From Chiloscyllium plagiosum (lineage: Eukaryota), in the NCBI RefSeq assembly GCF_004010195.1, contig NC_057755.1, positions 4,963,643 to 5,027,642 on the forward strand: 64,000 bases of DNA. Direction: 5' to 3'. Position numbers and translations under genes: made by a program. Below the pieces are notes generated by a model that ran no database searches, was not told where the DNA came from, and was given only the letters and a program-made list of their open reading frames with translations. Positions 24,615 through 37,265 of this stretch are shown here, piece by piece (within the stretch, counting starts at the first letter, position 1; every line of letters begins with the position of its first letter).

Positions 24615-25105
24615 AAATTAAATAAGAACCAGGAACAGGACTAGGCCATTCAGCCTCTCCAGCTTATTCTGCAATTCAAGACAACCATGGCTGAATTCGT
24701 CTCGGCCCTCCTCTCCACTTTCCTGTCCACTCCCTATAATCTTTAACCTGTTACAAATCGAAATCCTGCTTATCTCCTTCTCAAACCTACGCAATATCGA
24801 AGCACTGGTCTCTGGGGAAGCGAACTCCACGGATTCACGACCGTTTTGAGTGAAGCCATTCCTCCTCATCTCAGTTTTATATCTGCTACTCATTATTCTG
24901 AACTATTACCTCTCATTCTAGGATTTCCCACATGAGAAAGCGTCCTCTCTACACCGACGTTCTTAATCTCCTTTTGCATATTAGAAATCTCAATTAGGTC
25001 ACCTCCCTGTCTTCTGAACTCCAATGAGTTTAGGCCTAAATTGTTCAATCTCTCTTCATAAGACAAATGAATGAACTGTCTCCAATGTAACTCCATCTCT
25101 TCTCT
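24615..25105 (-). mobile_element. CR1 LINE 3' fragment
   Basis: LSYEERLNNLGLNSLEFRRQGGDLIEI and YKTEMRRNGFTQ. Confidence 0.8.
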
Positions 25106-26229
25106 AGTATGGGGATAAAAGCTCTACATAATAGTTCAGGCACAGAAGAAGTCAATTTGTTTCATTGGTCCAATGTTGGCATTAATATCACATTTTGTTT
25201 TAATGCCAAATCAAAAGAAAAGATCGATTTCTGTCAGTACCTGGGGACGGATTGCTTCAACTCTGGTATCAGAGAAAAAAAAAAGTATGGTTCCCTCATC
25301 AAAGAATTAAGTGTACAGCGTGCTGCTAAAATCAAGCGTTGACTGAACAAGCTGTTCACCACATTTGGCCCAGATGCATATCCATATTTATGACAACTTA
25401 CACAGCCCCATGAGTCTTATTGAAGCTGAAACACGTTTACAGATACTAGGTATACTTTGTGTACGGAGAGCTCATAGCCGTGTCACGACTGTTTATGTGT
25501 TCTGCTGTTTGTTGAAGTAGGTAGTAATTCAGTTTCAACAGTTAATAACTCGCTGTCCACGTTTTAAAAACCAGAGGAGGTGAGTTCTAATCCCCACGTC
25601 CCAGTTTGATGATTCTATTTCAGTTTTAGAGAAGTTGCAAAAGAAATGAGCAAGTTTCAACAATAAAAGTTGCCATGAAGAAAGGTAGCTGTTCAAGAAA
25701 TGGAAAATAAAAGTTGTCATTATGTCCCTTCGAATAATGTAGTCATCCAGTCCTAAACTAGTCGGTGGAATTTTCATTTTAGGTCTCATACCGACACTTT
25801 AATTTCTTGCCAACCCGTCTCTCTCGCTCTCTTTCCCCTCTCTCTTTCTCTCTCTCTCTCTGTGTCTCCCTGTCTCTCTGTCTCTGCAATATGGATTGCA
25901 TGCCCTATCAACTAGCACAGTGAAAACATTTCTCACATTCCCCCGCTTTGTTTGCACATCACTTAATCTCTTTACATCCTCAGTCATATGACCGGCTGTA
26001 GTAGGGGCATGTGCCCGAAACGTCGAATCTTCTGTTCCCTAGATGCTGCCTGACCTGCTGTGCTGTTCCAGCAATAAAGTTTCAGCTTTGATCTCCAGCG
26101 TCTGCAGACCTCACTTTCTCCTCGGCTGTAGTAATGGCCTCAGCATGGTTCAGGACAAAGACTCACAGAGACTGACAGGATAGAAACAGACCCTTTAATC
26201 AAACCGTTCCAAGCATACCCTAATCTGGA

Positions 26230-27120
26230 CTAGAGTGGTGCTGGAAAACCACAGCAGTTCAGACAGCATCCAAGGAGCAGGAAAATCAATGTTTCGGGCA
26301 AAAGACCTTCAGCAGAAATTTAGGCAAAGTGCCTGAAGCGTGGAGAGATAAATGAGAAGAGGGTCGGGGAGGAGGGTGGGGGAAGGTATCAAAGAGTACA
26401 ATGGGTGGATGGGGGTGGGGATGAAGGTGATAGGTCAGAGAGCAGGGTGGATTGGATAGATGGAAAGGAAGATAGGTAGGTAGGACAAGACATGGGGACA
26501 GTGCTGAGCTCGTAGTTTGGAGCTGGGGTGGGGGGAGGGGAAATGAGGAAACTGGTGAAGTCCACATTGATGCCCTGAGACATTCTTCCTCCAAGCGTCG
26601 GGTGCTGAGGAAGTGATGGTGAAGGAGGCCAATGACTTCCATGTCCTCCGCTGAGTGGGAGGGGGAGTTGAAATGTTGGGCCACAGGGCGGTGTGGTTGA
26701 TTGGTGCGGGTGTCCCAGAGATGTTCCCTAAAGCGCTCTGTAGAGGATACCACATCGGGAGCAATGGATACAATAAATGATATTGGTGGATGTGCAGGTA
26801 AAACTTTGATGGATGTGGAAGGTTCCTTGAGGGCCTTGGATGGAGGTGAGGGAGGAGGTGGGCGCAGGTTTTACAATTCCTGTGGTGGCAGGGGAAGGTG
26901 CCAGGACGGGAGGGTGAGTTGTTGGGGGGCGTGGCCCTGATCAGGTAGTCACGGAGGGAACGGTCTTTGCGGAAGACGGAAAGGGGTGGGGAGGCAAATA
27001 TATCCCTGGTGGTGGGGTACGTTTGGAGGTGCCAGAAATGTCGGCAGATGATTTAGTTTATTCGACGGTTGATAGGGTGGAAGGTGAGCACCAGGGGCGG
27101 TTCTGTCCTTGTTATGATTG
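26230..27120 (-). mobile_element. Penelope-like element: GIY-YIG endonuclease region and 3' terminus
   Basis: ERFREHLWDTRTNQPHRPVAQHFNSPSHSAEDMEVIGLL; degenerate hammerhead near 26285-26318. Confidence 0.85.
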
Positions 27121-27395
27121 GAGCCATAATCCCAATCTAAACTAGACCCACCTGCCTGGCTTTGGTCCATGTACCTCCAAAACTTCCCTCTTCATGATCT
27201 TTTCTAAGTGACTTTTAAACGTTGTAACTGTACTTGCAGATACCACTTTCTCTAATAGTTTATTTAACAGAAAAAACATACTTTGTGTAAAAATGTTGCC
27301 CCCGTCCTTTTTGAATCTTTCACCTCTCACCTGAAAATTATGCTCTCTCGTATTAAACTCCCCTATCCGAGGCAAAGGACCCTTTCATTCAGACA
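27120..27395 (-). mobile_element. CR1 LINE 3' fragment
   Basis: TREHNFQVRGERFKKD.GNIFTQ. Confidence 0.75.
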
Positions 27396-27909
27396 CACGC
27401 ATTTTTACCTCATCTTGGTCCAGGGTTTAGCATCCAGCTTAAAGATTCTGAGGGAAGATGCTTGGACTTCAAGTACTTGCTGCATATCTGATACTCATTG
27501 GGAACACGTGTCCAGGAAATTCCACATGCCACAGTCTTGCATCATAATGTGACTATGCTGTGGCTTTAAGTCATTCATTTTGTTCTCGTTCTTATGAAGA
27601 ATGCCTGAGACAAAATTATTGAGCAGTCTGCTCAAAGCCAAAGGATTAATCGGTTTCTGAGTACGTGGAGTTCTTTCATTCAAATTTTGAACAAAGAAGC
27701 AGCCTGAATGGGTGGGGTCAATCTTCCAAGGAATCAGGAGTTTTAGTTTTAACATCCTGCAGTTTCTTAAAGCTGGGCACATAAGCTCTTGTTACTGTCT
27801 GTATTACAGCTAAAAGCTGGAGCTCTCTTCCAGTTGGTAGCCTTGCAAGTGAGACAATGCATTTTTCTGAACTTTCCTTTGACAAAGGTCTGTTTATGGA
27901 ATGCAACCA

Positions 27910-28046
27910 TGGGGTTTATGAGCTACGGGGAGAATGCGGGTAAGTGGAGTTGAAATGCCCATCAGCCATGATTGAATGGCGGAGTGGACTCGATGGGCCG
28001 AATGGCCTTACTTCCGCTCCTATGTCTTATGGTCTTATGGTCTTAT
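27910..28046 (+). mobile_element. Short CR1 3' end with (tcttatgg)n tail
   Basis: gatgggccgaatggccttacttccgctcctatgtcttatggtcttatggtcttat; same family as 17479-17831. Confidence 0.8.
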
Positions 28047-29264
28047 AATCAAACAGTAAATTAATATTAATCAATGTACGTATTATTTTAGTAAGCATTT
28101 CAACAGTGTTATAGTTAAAGCAAGTCATTTTTTTTCTATTTTGTCTGTACGTTAATTATAGTTTAATGTTAAAGCAAGTTTTATTTAAAGTTAACAGTTA
28201 GACCAATCGAATTACATCTGGAATGCAAAACTGTACATTTAATTTTAAAATAAAAAAACCATTGTGGCTATACCATCTGAATATATTTCGGGGAGGGTTG
28301 GTCTGGGCTATAACAATATATTTACATTCATATCATATATTATTCCTGAGCACACGAAGTAGAATTTGGAGACTGAGGACAAACGATAATTATTGTGACA
28401 TATTCTTAACATCTCGGTTGGTTCCCTCTATTTCGGATTGAGAAGCAATTCCCTGGTATTGATACAACGGATAGATTTTTAAAAATTCGTTTATGCGATG
28501 TAGGTGACTCTAGCTTTATTTTCCATTCCTAATTGCCCAAGAATTAAACAAGAGAAAACCACAACCATCAGTGTACAGAGTTGCATGTCGGCCAGACAAG
28601 GTACAGATGGACATTGCTTTCCCCAAATGACATCAGTTAACAATATTCGTTTTTATGACAATCGATTGGTCGCCATCGTTTGACTCTTAATTTTTGATTG
28701 ATTTTCTCATGGATTTATGCTGATTTCAACTTCCACCACCTGCTATATGGGGATTTCAAGCGATGACCACAAAATATTATCTGGGTCTCTGGATTAATAC
28801 TCCATAAATAACATCTTTAGACCATCTCCTCATCTCTGTATTGTGAGGTATTCACCAGTGAAGAACACTCTTTCGTGACCAACTTCGTCTGCTGAACGAA
28901 TCCACGTTTACACCAGTCAACAATACAGATAAGGTTGACAAACCAATCTCTTATTTGAAATAGATGTGCTCCCACCCCATGAGACTGTGTGAGGTTGAAC
29001 AAAATCGGACTGCAATCTGACCCAGAAGAGGACATCGGTGATCTGTTACCCAAGGTGAAATTTTGCATTCTTCATATTGTACATTTAGTTCTTTTGTTAC
29101 AGTTGCAATTTTCGGCCTGGGAACAACAGGAATATTTCCACAAGGGGTCTGAATGAATATTAATTAACGTGAGATGCTTCCTGAAGAAGGGTCGCTGGTC
29201 TCGAAGACTATTAACACTTTCTTTCTACACAGATGCTGCCAGACCTCCTGAATTTTATCAACAC

Positions 29265-29580
29265 TTTCTGTTTTTGTTTGTCCCAGGTCTCCAGTGATAT
29301 ATGTTCTTGTCTATTTTGGATTTCCAGTGATATAGGTTCTTGTTTGTTTATGATCTCCAGCAATCTCTACTTTTTGTACTTTTTTTTGCAGAGTCTTTTT
29401 TTTGTTTTTCTTTGTTTTAGATATACTGCAATTACTGTTGGTTACAGAATTCCAGTATCCGCTGTTCTTTGCTTTATTACATCCTGTAATTTCTGCTCTT
29501 ATGTGTTTCAGATCTCGATAAATTTCTGTTTGTTTCAGATAGCCAGCATCTCAGTACTTAGCTGTATTTTATTGTTTCTT
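29265..29580 (-). repeat. Degenerate minisatellite with ~33-bp unit, abutting a short element terminus
   Basis: ccagtgatatatgttcttgtctattttggattt / ccagtgatataggttcttgtttgtttatgatct / ccagcaatctctac...; reverse complement of the 35.3-36.0 kb array unit. Confidence 0.65.
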
Positions 29581-29758
29581 GGTACCGTCTGTAATATGAA
29601 GACATTACTCTGCTGTGCCGCCTGTGCAGAAACTATGCATTGGGGTTGACTCCTCCAGCACCCATCACGAGATAAACAAGATCAACCTTAAAATAAAATA
29701 AAGAAACTCGAAATATCGAGCTTGTTTCACTGTCCACAGTTGCTGCCAGAGCTGCTGA

Positions 29759-30011
29759 GATTCCCCAGTAATTCTAGTGAATGCCCGACCACTATTTTGC
29801 AATGTTACTTTTGTTTACAATGTGTTATCTGTAGGTTTTGTTACTTGAAGCCACCGGCGTTGCCTATGACTGAATTTTGCTAATTTATTTTGAATTACAT
29901 CTTCTTTGTGCATTTTGATTTCCAAATCTGCAATTTCTGTTATTTATTTCCTTCGCCAAACTGATCTGCACAGTTGCCTTCATTGGAAGGGGCATTAAGC
30001 GTAAGGATACA
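29759..30011 (+). repeat. Near-identical direct repeat, copy A (partner 31009-31271)
   Basis: gattccccagtaattcta...gtaaggataca is present twice with few differences; copy A lacks 12 nt. Confidence 0.95.
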
Positions 30012-30560
30012 CAAGTTATGTTATGACTTAGAATATTGCAGACAGTTCTAACTATAACACTGCCAGAAGGCTATGGACGCTTTACAGACAGTACAGAAAA
30101 ATGTTACCAGAATGTTGCCTGCTATGGGGGATATTAACAGTGAAGAAATTTCGGATGGAGTGGGTTTATTTTCACTGGAATGCAGGAGTTTGAGGGGCTC
30201 ACTGATAGATATTTATAAGATTGTTAATATCATGGATAAAGTAGGAAGTATGAGACTTTTGTCCAGGGTGCAGGAGTTGATTACTAGGGAACACAGGATC
30301 AAGGTCAAGGGATTTAGGTACTTTTAAAAGAGGTGTGTGAGTTACGTTGTTTTACTAGAAGAGTGACGAGTGCCTGGAACACGCTGCCAGAGGAGGTCGC
30401 GAAAGCATAGCAGCATTCAAGAAACATCCAGATGAATAACAAAGCAGTGGAGTGTAAGGCTCCTGTAAGTGAAATCAATTTTAGTGTGAAATGGCAAAAT
30501 GTTTCAGTGCATACCTGGAGGGTAAAAGGGCCTGTTCCTGTGCTGTACTGCTTTTGTTCA
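30012..30560 (+). mobile_element. CR1 LINE 3' fragment
   Basis: ALQTVQKNVTRMLP...GLFSLECRSLRGSLIDIYKI. Confidence 0.8.
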
Positions 30561-31008
30561 TCATTTATTTTTGAGGCGTTTTTTGAACATACTGTGTATC
30601 AGCACCGCAAGCAGGGCTATACCCAGTCAGTTTTGTTTTAGAATTTAAATACTGACCTTGCTGTAAATGTGATGTTTAGTAAACGCAATAGAATAGTTGG
30701 AATGTATTCAACAATCTAATCGGTCATCTTAATATTGAAACAAAACAAAGAAATTCGATGCTGAAGATCTGTAAAAAAAAGGAATTGGAGAAACCCAGCA
30801 GGACTGGCAGCTTCTGCAGGGAGAGAAAAACAGAGACAATGTTCAAATGATCCTTCTTTGGTTCTGCTATCTTTCCAGAAATGTTCAGTTTGCCCAGTAG
30901 TTTCTGTCTTTGTTCCTTTCATCAAAGCAATTACACGTGTATTAGTACAAAGGACGCAAGAGAGTCATAAATAATGAAAATTCGCTTAAATATTGCATCA
31001 GTAATGCA

Positions 31009-31271
31009 GATTCCCCAGTAATTCTATTTTATTACATAGTGAATGCCCGACCACTATTTTGCAATGCTACTTTTGTTTACAATGTGTTATCTGTAGGTTT
31101 GTTACTTGAAGCCACCGGCGTTGCCTATGACTGAATGAGCTAATTTATTTTGAATTACATCTTCTTTGTGCATTTTGATTTCCAAATCTGCAATTTCTGT
31201 TATTTATTTCCTTCGCCAAACTGATCTGCATAGTTGCCTTCATTGGAAGGGGCATTAAGCGTAAGGATACA
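31009..31271 (+). repeat. Near-identical direct repeat, copy B, inserted into a hairpin
   Basis: Flanked by catcagta (30996-31003 and 31270-31277) and by inverted arms atattgcatca / tgatgcaatat. Confidence 0.93.
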
Positions 31272-34200
31272 TCAGTATGATGCAATATCAGTGCTTATTC
31301 GTTACTTAAGAAAACACACTAAATCCCGCTGACATTTTTGTCTGAACTGGTGTGGTAAAATGTCGTGCAAGTCTCGGGGAGTTTTATAATTGCAAAAAAA
31401 AATAATGTTTTCGTATGCAAGCTTACAATTTCTCAAAAATTGTCAGACAGTTGAAAAAATACATTAGGAATAGATGTAATCGATTAGTCTCAAATCCAGA
31501 CATCCGTCTGTAGAATAGTTTTTAAAAAATATAGTCTCTAATGTTTTAGTGAATTGAAATATCAAAATCAGCAATATCATTTTGTGAAAAAAATGGAAGA
31601 ACGGAATTATTTCACAGAGGATATTAAATACAATATACAGTAATACACTCTAATTAACTCCCAAAACACATATTTCAGTGTTCACTGAAAAATGCTTGTA
31701 ATTCCACTCTAACTTGGTTAGCAATCCGACACACTACAATCTGTATCATTTAATTGCACAAAATCTTTTGTAGAACATGATCACCTCCTAACATCAATTA
31801 AACTCTTTTTTTTTGTTCACTAAACATTGCCAATCTACGGAACACGGAACCTGGATTTGTCATAAACCAACAGTACAGCAAAGTGGAAGACGCTGAGAGA
31901 TTGAATGAAGGAGTTGTTCCATCATCATTTGAAAGATACAAGATGGGAAAATTGAAAACGCTGAGTGTAAGGTTGAATAATTTTTGTAATTGATTTAACC
32001 TGACTTAGATAGATGAACAAGAGAATCGGCAGCTATCCCCAGTGCGCTCATTCCGATCAAAACATTTCTAGCTGCAATGAATCTCATTAAAGCCCATTAA
32101 AACAGTATATGAAAACTGGTTCCATTCATCATTTATGAAAGTCCGACAGGTATAATTTCAATATTGCCAACAATGCAGCAAATAATGAACAAACATATTT
32201 TGTTCCTTGCTCGGCCAATACTGGCGGTGGGCATCTTTGCTGAGCTCAATATTAAATGTTCATTCCCAATATTCCCTTTCAGAATATCGAGATGGGCTTT
32301 CATCTTTAACTTCTACAAACCCAGTGTGAATGATCCGACCAGAATGTTACCATTTCATCTGGTGGTCATGACCCAGCGGAGATGGAGGACAAATAACAAA
32401 CATCAATGATGCTTCAACAAGATCTTAACAATTCTCATTGCACAGGAGCTCAAAGGACGAGGATAGATGAGACACGCGAGGACCAGCACGTGCAAGCTCT
32501 GCTCCAAGTCTCACACACCAGCTCGACTTGGATGTACATCACCAATTTTTGTTTTATTTGTAGCTGGCTCGAGATCCTGGGAACCCCTTAATAGCCGCAC
32601 TGCATGTGTGTCTCGACAGCCATGAACCGCAGCAGTTTTTCAAAGGAGCTCACCACCACTGTTTAAAACACCTAGGATTCTTCAGGACAAATGTTGAGAT
32701 AATGTTTCCCCTCGTGGGCGAGCCATGTACCAGAAAGCATATCGTCAGAATTATGCGGCACCAATTTAAAATTGAGATGAAGAGGAATTTCTTTTCTCTA
32801 ATAGTTATAAATCGTTACAACTCATTGCCACAGAGAGCTGAGGGGATAGAGCCCAAACATATATTTAAGGCCTAGATAGATAGAGTTTCGATAAACAGGG
32901 GAATCAAAGGTTATGGGGAAAGGGCAGCATGGTGGATATTGGGAATTTCGGATCAGCCGTGGTGGAATAGTGGTACAGGCTCGAACAACCTTGTCCTGTT
33001 CCTATTTTTACCAACATTCTGCTTCGAGAAAACAAACCAAAATATTTATGCCATGTTCATGGTAAACTGAGAGGCAGGTTATTCCTGGGATTTTACCCTT
33101 CATTGTTCTGCTCCTCTCTTGTTCTTGGTTTCCTAATTCTTTTATTTACAAAATGAACTGTGGAATTTTCTGTTTGAAAACTAGCGGCTTTTCACACGAC
33201 AAATATTTAGTTCTGTCTGACACTTCATGCTGCTGCTCGAACTATTTCTTTTAGAAGCTCAGCACGTACTGCGTTTCTTTTGATTGTCCACAGCATTCTG
33301 CTTTCTTCCATTTAGGTTTTTTCTTTGCAGTTACCTGGATTAGCCAGAGATGTCCACACCCACCAAATAATCAAAGATATAATAAAATCTGGGTCAGTAA
33401 CTGCAGGGCATTTTGCAAATGCTACTCAGTTGTGTCTCTGATCATCAGTGGTGAAGGTAGTGAATTTTGAATTTAGCTGTTCGGATGCCAGTCAAGCAGA
33501 CATAATTATTTGTGTATGTTCCAACTGTCTCGCGTGTTTTTAGAGTAGTGCTCATTCAAGAAATTCGAGAGACTTTCACGACACTCCTTAGCTGACCTTG
33601 TAGATGTTGGACAGGGATTACAGAGAGAGGAGGTGAGTGATTCTGAGCCACTCTCACCTGCTCTGCCAGGCATGGAATCAATAGAATGGTTCAATCTAGT
33701 TTCTTCATAATGATATTCTCAGGATATGAAGACCTGTAGATTTGAGGATGGAAATGTTGGGCTGATGATTGAATTTGTTTTTGTTGGAGATGCTCATCTG
33801 CTGAAGATTGTGTAATGTGAATATATTGCCTCCTACATGTGCAAAGTTGAAGGCAACTCGTTGGCTAACTCTAACTGGGTCAATAATCTAATCGAATTCA
33901 GGGAGTTGTATCTGTTCAGGGGGTCTTCTATTCACCTCATTCCCACGAGCAGTTAACTCCTTCTTTGAATGCACATACTTTGCTCAACCTTAATTTTGTG
34001 TCCTTTAGGTCATTCAGATTGGCTTAGGAGTGCTGGATGTACTCAATTGGTACATATTGAATTGGATGCCAGCATTTCAGAACACGCTATCCATAGCAAG
34101 GATATTCGGGACACATTGGTGGGGCAGTTTGTCGGTAAGGTTCTTCGTAATTTGAAGCAAAAAATGTTCGAAGGAATGGGAAGATTGGAACCGAATAGAT

Positions 34201-35254
34201 TACATGCTTAACGTTACAATGACATTCAGTTTTGTTCTTGCAGGAAATAACTCCAACACTTTGTAAGCACTTTTATGTCTGTTCACATCAAACTTCGTGT
34301 AGATTTCTCACGCACAGAGAAAATGCCAACGATCATCATGGCAATCATGTCCCAAATCATATTGAAATTCAATTCAAAGTTGAATCTTCGAATTTTGCAA
34401 TGTCTTAGTTTCGGGTTCGGTGACTCTGTTTTCTTTCTTCTGAGGCTGGCAGAACTGCAGAGTTTCTCCAGCTGCTTCTGATCTTGTTTGAGAATTTCAG
34501 CATCTGCAGTTCTTCACGTACTGTTGTGATATTCTGTCTCAGTTATCTTCAAGTTTAAACATATTTCTAAGTGGCATTGTTTCACATGTTTCAATATTTT
34601 ATTTCGAAAACCCAAACCAAGTTGTTCGTGTCATATGCACAGTGAACTGAGAAGCAGCTCATTTCCTTACTTGGACCCAATATTGTCCTGTTTGTTTCGG
34701 TAACGTGAAATCACTGCAACACGATTGACAAATTGGCAGCACTGTTTGGAAATAACCTTATATAATGTGTGCTGGCTGGAACGTGTTTACATCACCAACA
34801 TTTTAAGCGGTGTTTCTCATGTGCGATTTTTCTACAAGAGGTGTTGCACAATAAGTCCACCATTGCGTTTTACAAGAACCATCTGTAAACAACTTGGTTT
34901 GGGATTGCGAAGTGAACTGTTGAAGCGTGTAAAAAAATGCTAGGTAGGAGATACGGTTTCCTACTTCAGTTTAGAAAATAATCGTGGAACTTTCTGATCA
35001 AAAGTCAGCGTGTTTTCATCCCAAAAAACAGCTTAGTTTGACCTGCCACACTTTCGTGAAGATATTCAGATTGTGCTGGAACATTCTCTGTTTAGGTTTC
35101 AGCACTTTACTCAAATTGTTTCCATTGTCTGCAGTATTGTGCTTTCTCCCAGTTACTTACTGCATGCCCCTTTATTTCTTAATCTAATTGTGGACACGAA
35201 TCCAGATAGAGAAAATAACATCTTGCTTCAAGACATTTCGTTGAGAGACAGGGA

Positions 35255-36050
35255 GAAAAATAAAATGAAGAATTGCAAATACAAACGATCTCATCTGAAC
35301 AAAAACAGACATTTCTGCAGATCCAAAACAACAAAATGCAGAAACTGCTTTGCATCTGAATAAAAAAAACAGAACTCACTGGAAATCTGAAACAATTAAA
35401 AACAAAATTTGCTGGTATCCGAAACAAATTAGGACAGAAATTACTGGAGAACTGATGCAAACTAAAACAGCAAAAGCCGGAGATAAGAAACAATTAAGAA
35501 GAAGAACTGATGGTGATCTGAAACAAATAAAAGCAAAAACTGCTGGCAATTCGAAACAATCGAAATGAGAAATCACTTGAGATTTGAATCAGATAAAAAG
35601 AAGAATTGTTGGAGATCTGACACAAATAAAACCCGAAAATGCTGGAGATCAGATAGAAAATTGCTCGACATCTGAAACAAATAAAAACAAAATGACTATA
35701 TACCCGAAACAAAGTAAAACAGAAATTGCTGGAGAACTGAAATAAATAAAAACGTAAACTGCTGGAGATTTGAAACAAAGTAAAGGAGAAATCGCTGAAG
35801 ATCTGAAACTGAAAGAGCATTGCTGGTGATTTCAGACAAATAGGATTTGAAATCGTTGGAGATTGAATGCAAATAAAAGCAAGAATAGCTGGAAATATGA
35901 AACAAAAAACAACAGACATTGTTGCAAATTTCAAAGAAATAAATGCAGAGATGGTTGGAAATCTGGAGCAAAGAGAAAGCAGAAATTGCTGTGATCCAAC
36001 ACAAACAAGAAACAGGTTTTGCTGCAGATCTAATAAAAAGACAAAACCAG
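35255..36050 (+). repeat. Degenerate minisatellite, ~33-bp unit, about 24 copies
   Basis: Units such as aaacaaataaaagcaaaaactgctggcaattcg, aatcagataaaaagaagaattgttggagatctg, acacaaataaaacccgaaaatgctggagatcag. Confidence 0.85.
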
Positions 36051-36657
36051 AGAGTCATCTGTAATGAGACTTGTTGCGTTTCTCCAGAAATTTCTGTTTC
36101 TTGTTTGTTGAGATGAGTTACAACCGAGTCAAAGTCAAGAAATAAAATGGAAGGGAGAACCCATAGTTTGAGATACTTAGCATCATTGTGAACGCGTTTG
36201 GTGAAGTAAAATTGATATGCCGGCTTTCCATTTCAAATTATGTTCTGCGGGACATTCTCATATACACTAGAAACAATCTCAAGTGCACACTCTGTAAGTA
36301 CACCTATACTGGAGTTTTGCTGTATGAAAGTTTTAAAAGTTACCATTATTGTGCTAATGTTCAATTTTTTTTTCTGAGGTGATAAAGTCAATGGCGCAAA
36401 CAACGTCATCACTATAAATTAAGACAGACTATAGTAAAATAGCACATGACAGGATAAAATCTGGAAAATGTTTGGTACTGAACCGCCTGCAGTGTATTCT
36501 TCTGCATTTCCATGTCACATTAATGCAGAATGTTAAAATAGGCCGTTGATGTCTTGAATTTATGTGCAATCTTGTTATATTTGCAAGAATGTAAAAGAAA
36601 GAATTGCAGATGTGACACTTAAGAAAATAAACGCTCCAGGAAATAGAAAGTATTGGA

Positions 36658-37265
36658 GGGACAGTGGCTCAGTAGTTAGCAATGCTGCCGCTTAGTGCTG
36701 GGGACCTGGTTTCGAATTTCACCTCGGAAGACTGTCTGTGTGTAGTTTGCACATCCTCCCACGTGTTTGCATCGGTTTCCACTCAGTCCAACAATGTGCA
36801 AACGAGGCGGATTGGCCGTGGTGAATTGACCCTTGGTGTCCTGAGGTGTGCAGCTGACATGGATTGATCATGGAAAATGTGGGATTACGGGGACAATGTG
36901 GAATGCTATTTGGAAGGTCAGTGCAGACTTGATGGGGGCTACTAGACTCGATTTGGAGTGACACATTGCCTAGTACTGCTGCCTTATATTGTTTGGGTCC
37001 ACATTTGATTCCAATCTCGATTTTATGGCGTTTGCATAATCTCCCTTTATCGGCGTGGGTTTCCTTTGGGTGCTCCGGTTACCTCCCTATGTCTAGAAAC
37101 ATGCAGTTTAGGTCCGGTAGGCCATGCTAATTTGTCCATTGAGAGCAGGGATGTGCACCCTTGGTGGATTAGAGCGACAGGTGTAGGGTGTGGGAGGGTT
37201 GCTGTTCAGAGGGTCAGTGCAGACTTATTGGGCCGAATGGCCTCTACATGCGCTGTAGAATTTCT
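36658..37265 (+). mobile_element. Two adjacent HE1/V-SINE-like copies
   Basis: gggacagtggctcagtagttagcaatgctgcc...gtttgcacatcctccc; second copy ...gcgtgggtttcctttgggtgctccgg...gggccgaatggcctct. Confidence 0.75.

Noticed and set aside
35179..36064. Overlapping 100-146 aa ORFs; array superficially CRISPR-like
   Set aside because: Products of a degenerate 33-bp minisatellite with no repeat-spacer alternation, in eukaryotic DNA.
36658..36730. tRNA-like A/B boxes (also near 38320, 49762 and 4030)
   Set aside because: Heads of tRNA-derived SINEs, not tRNA genes.
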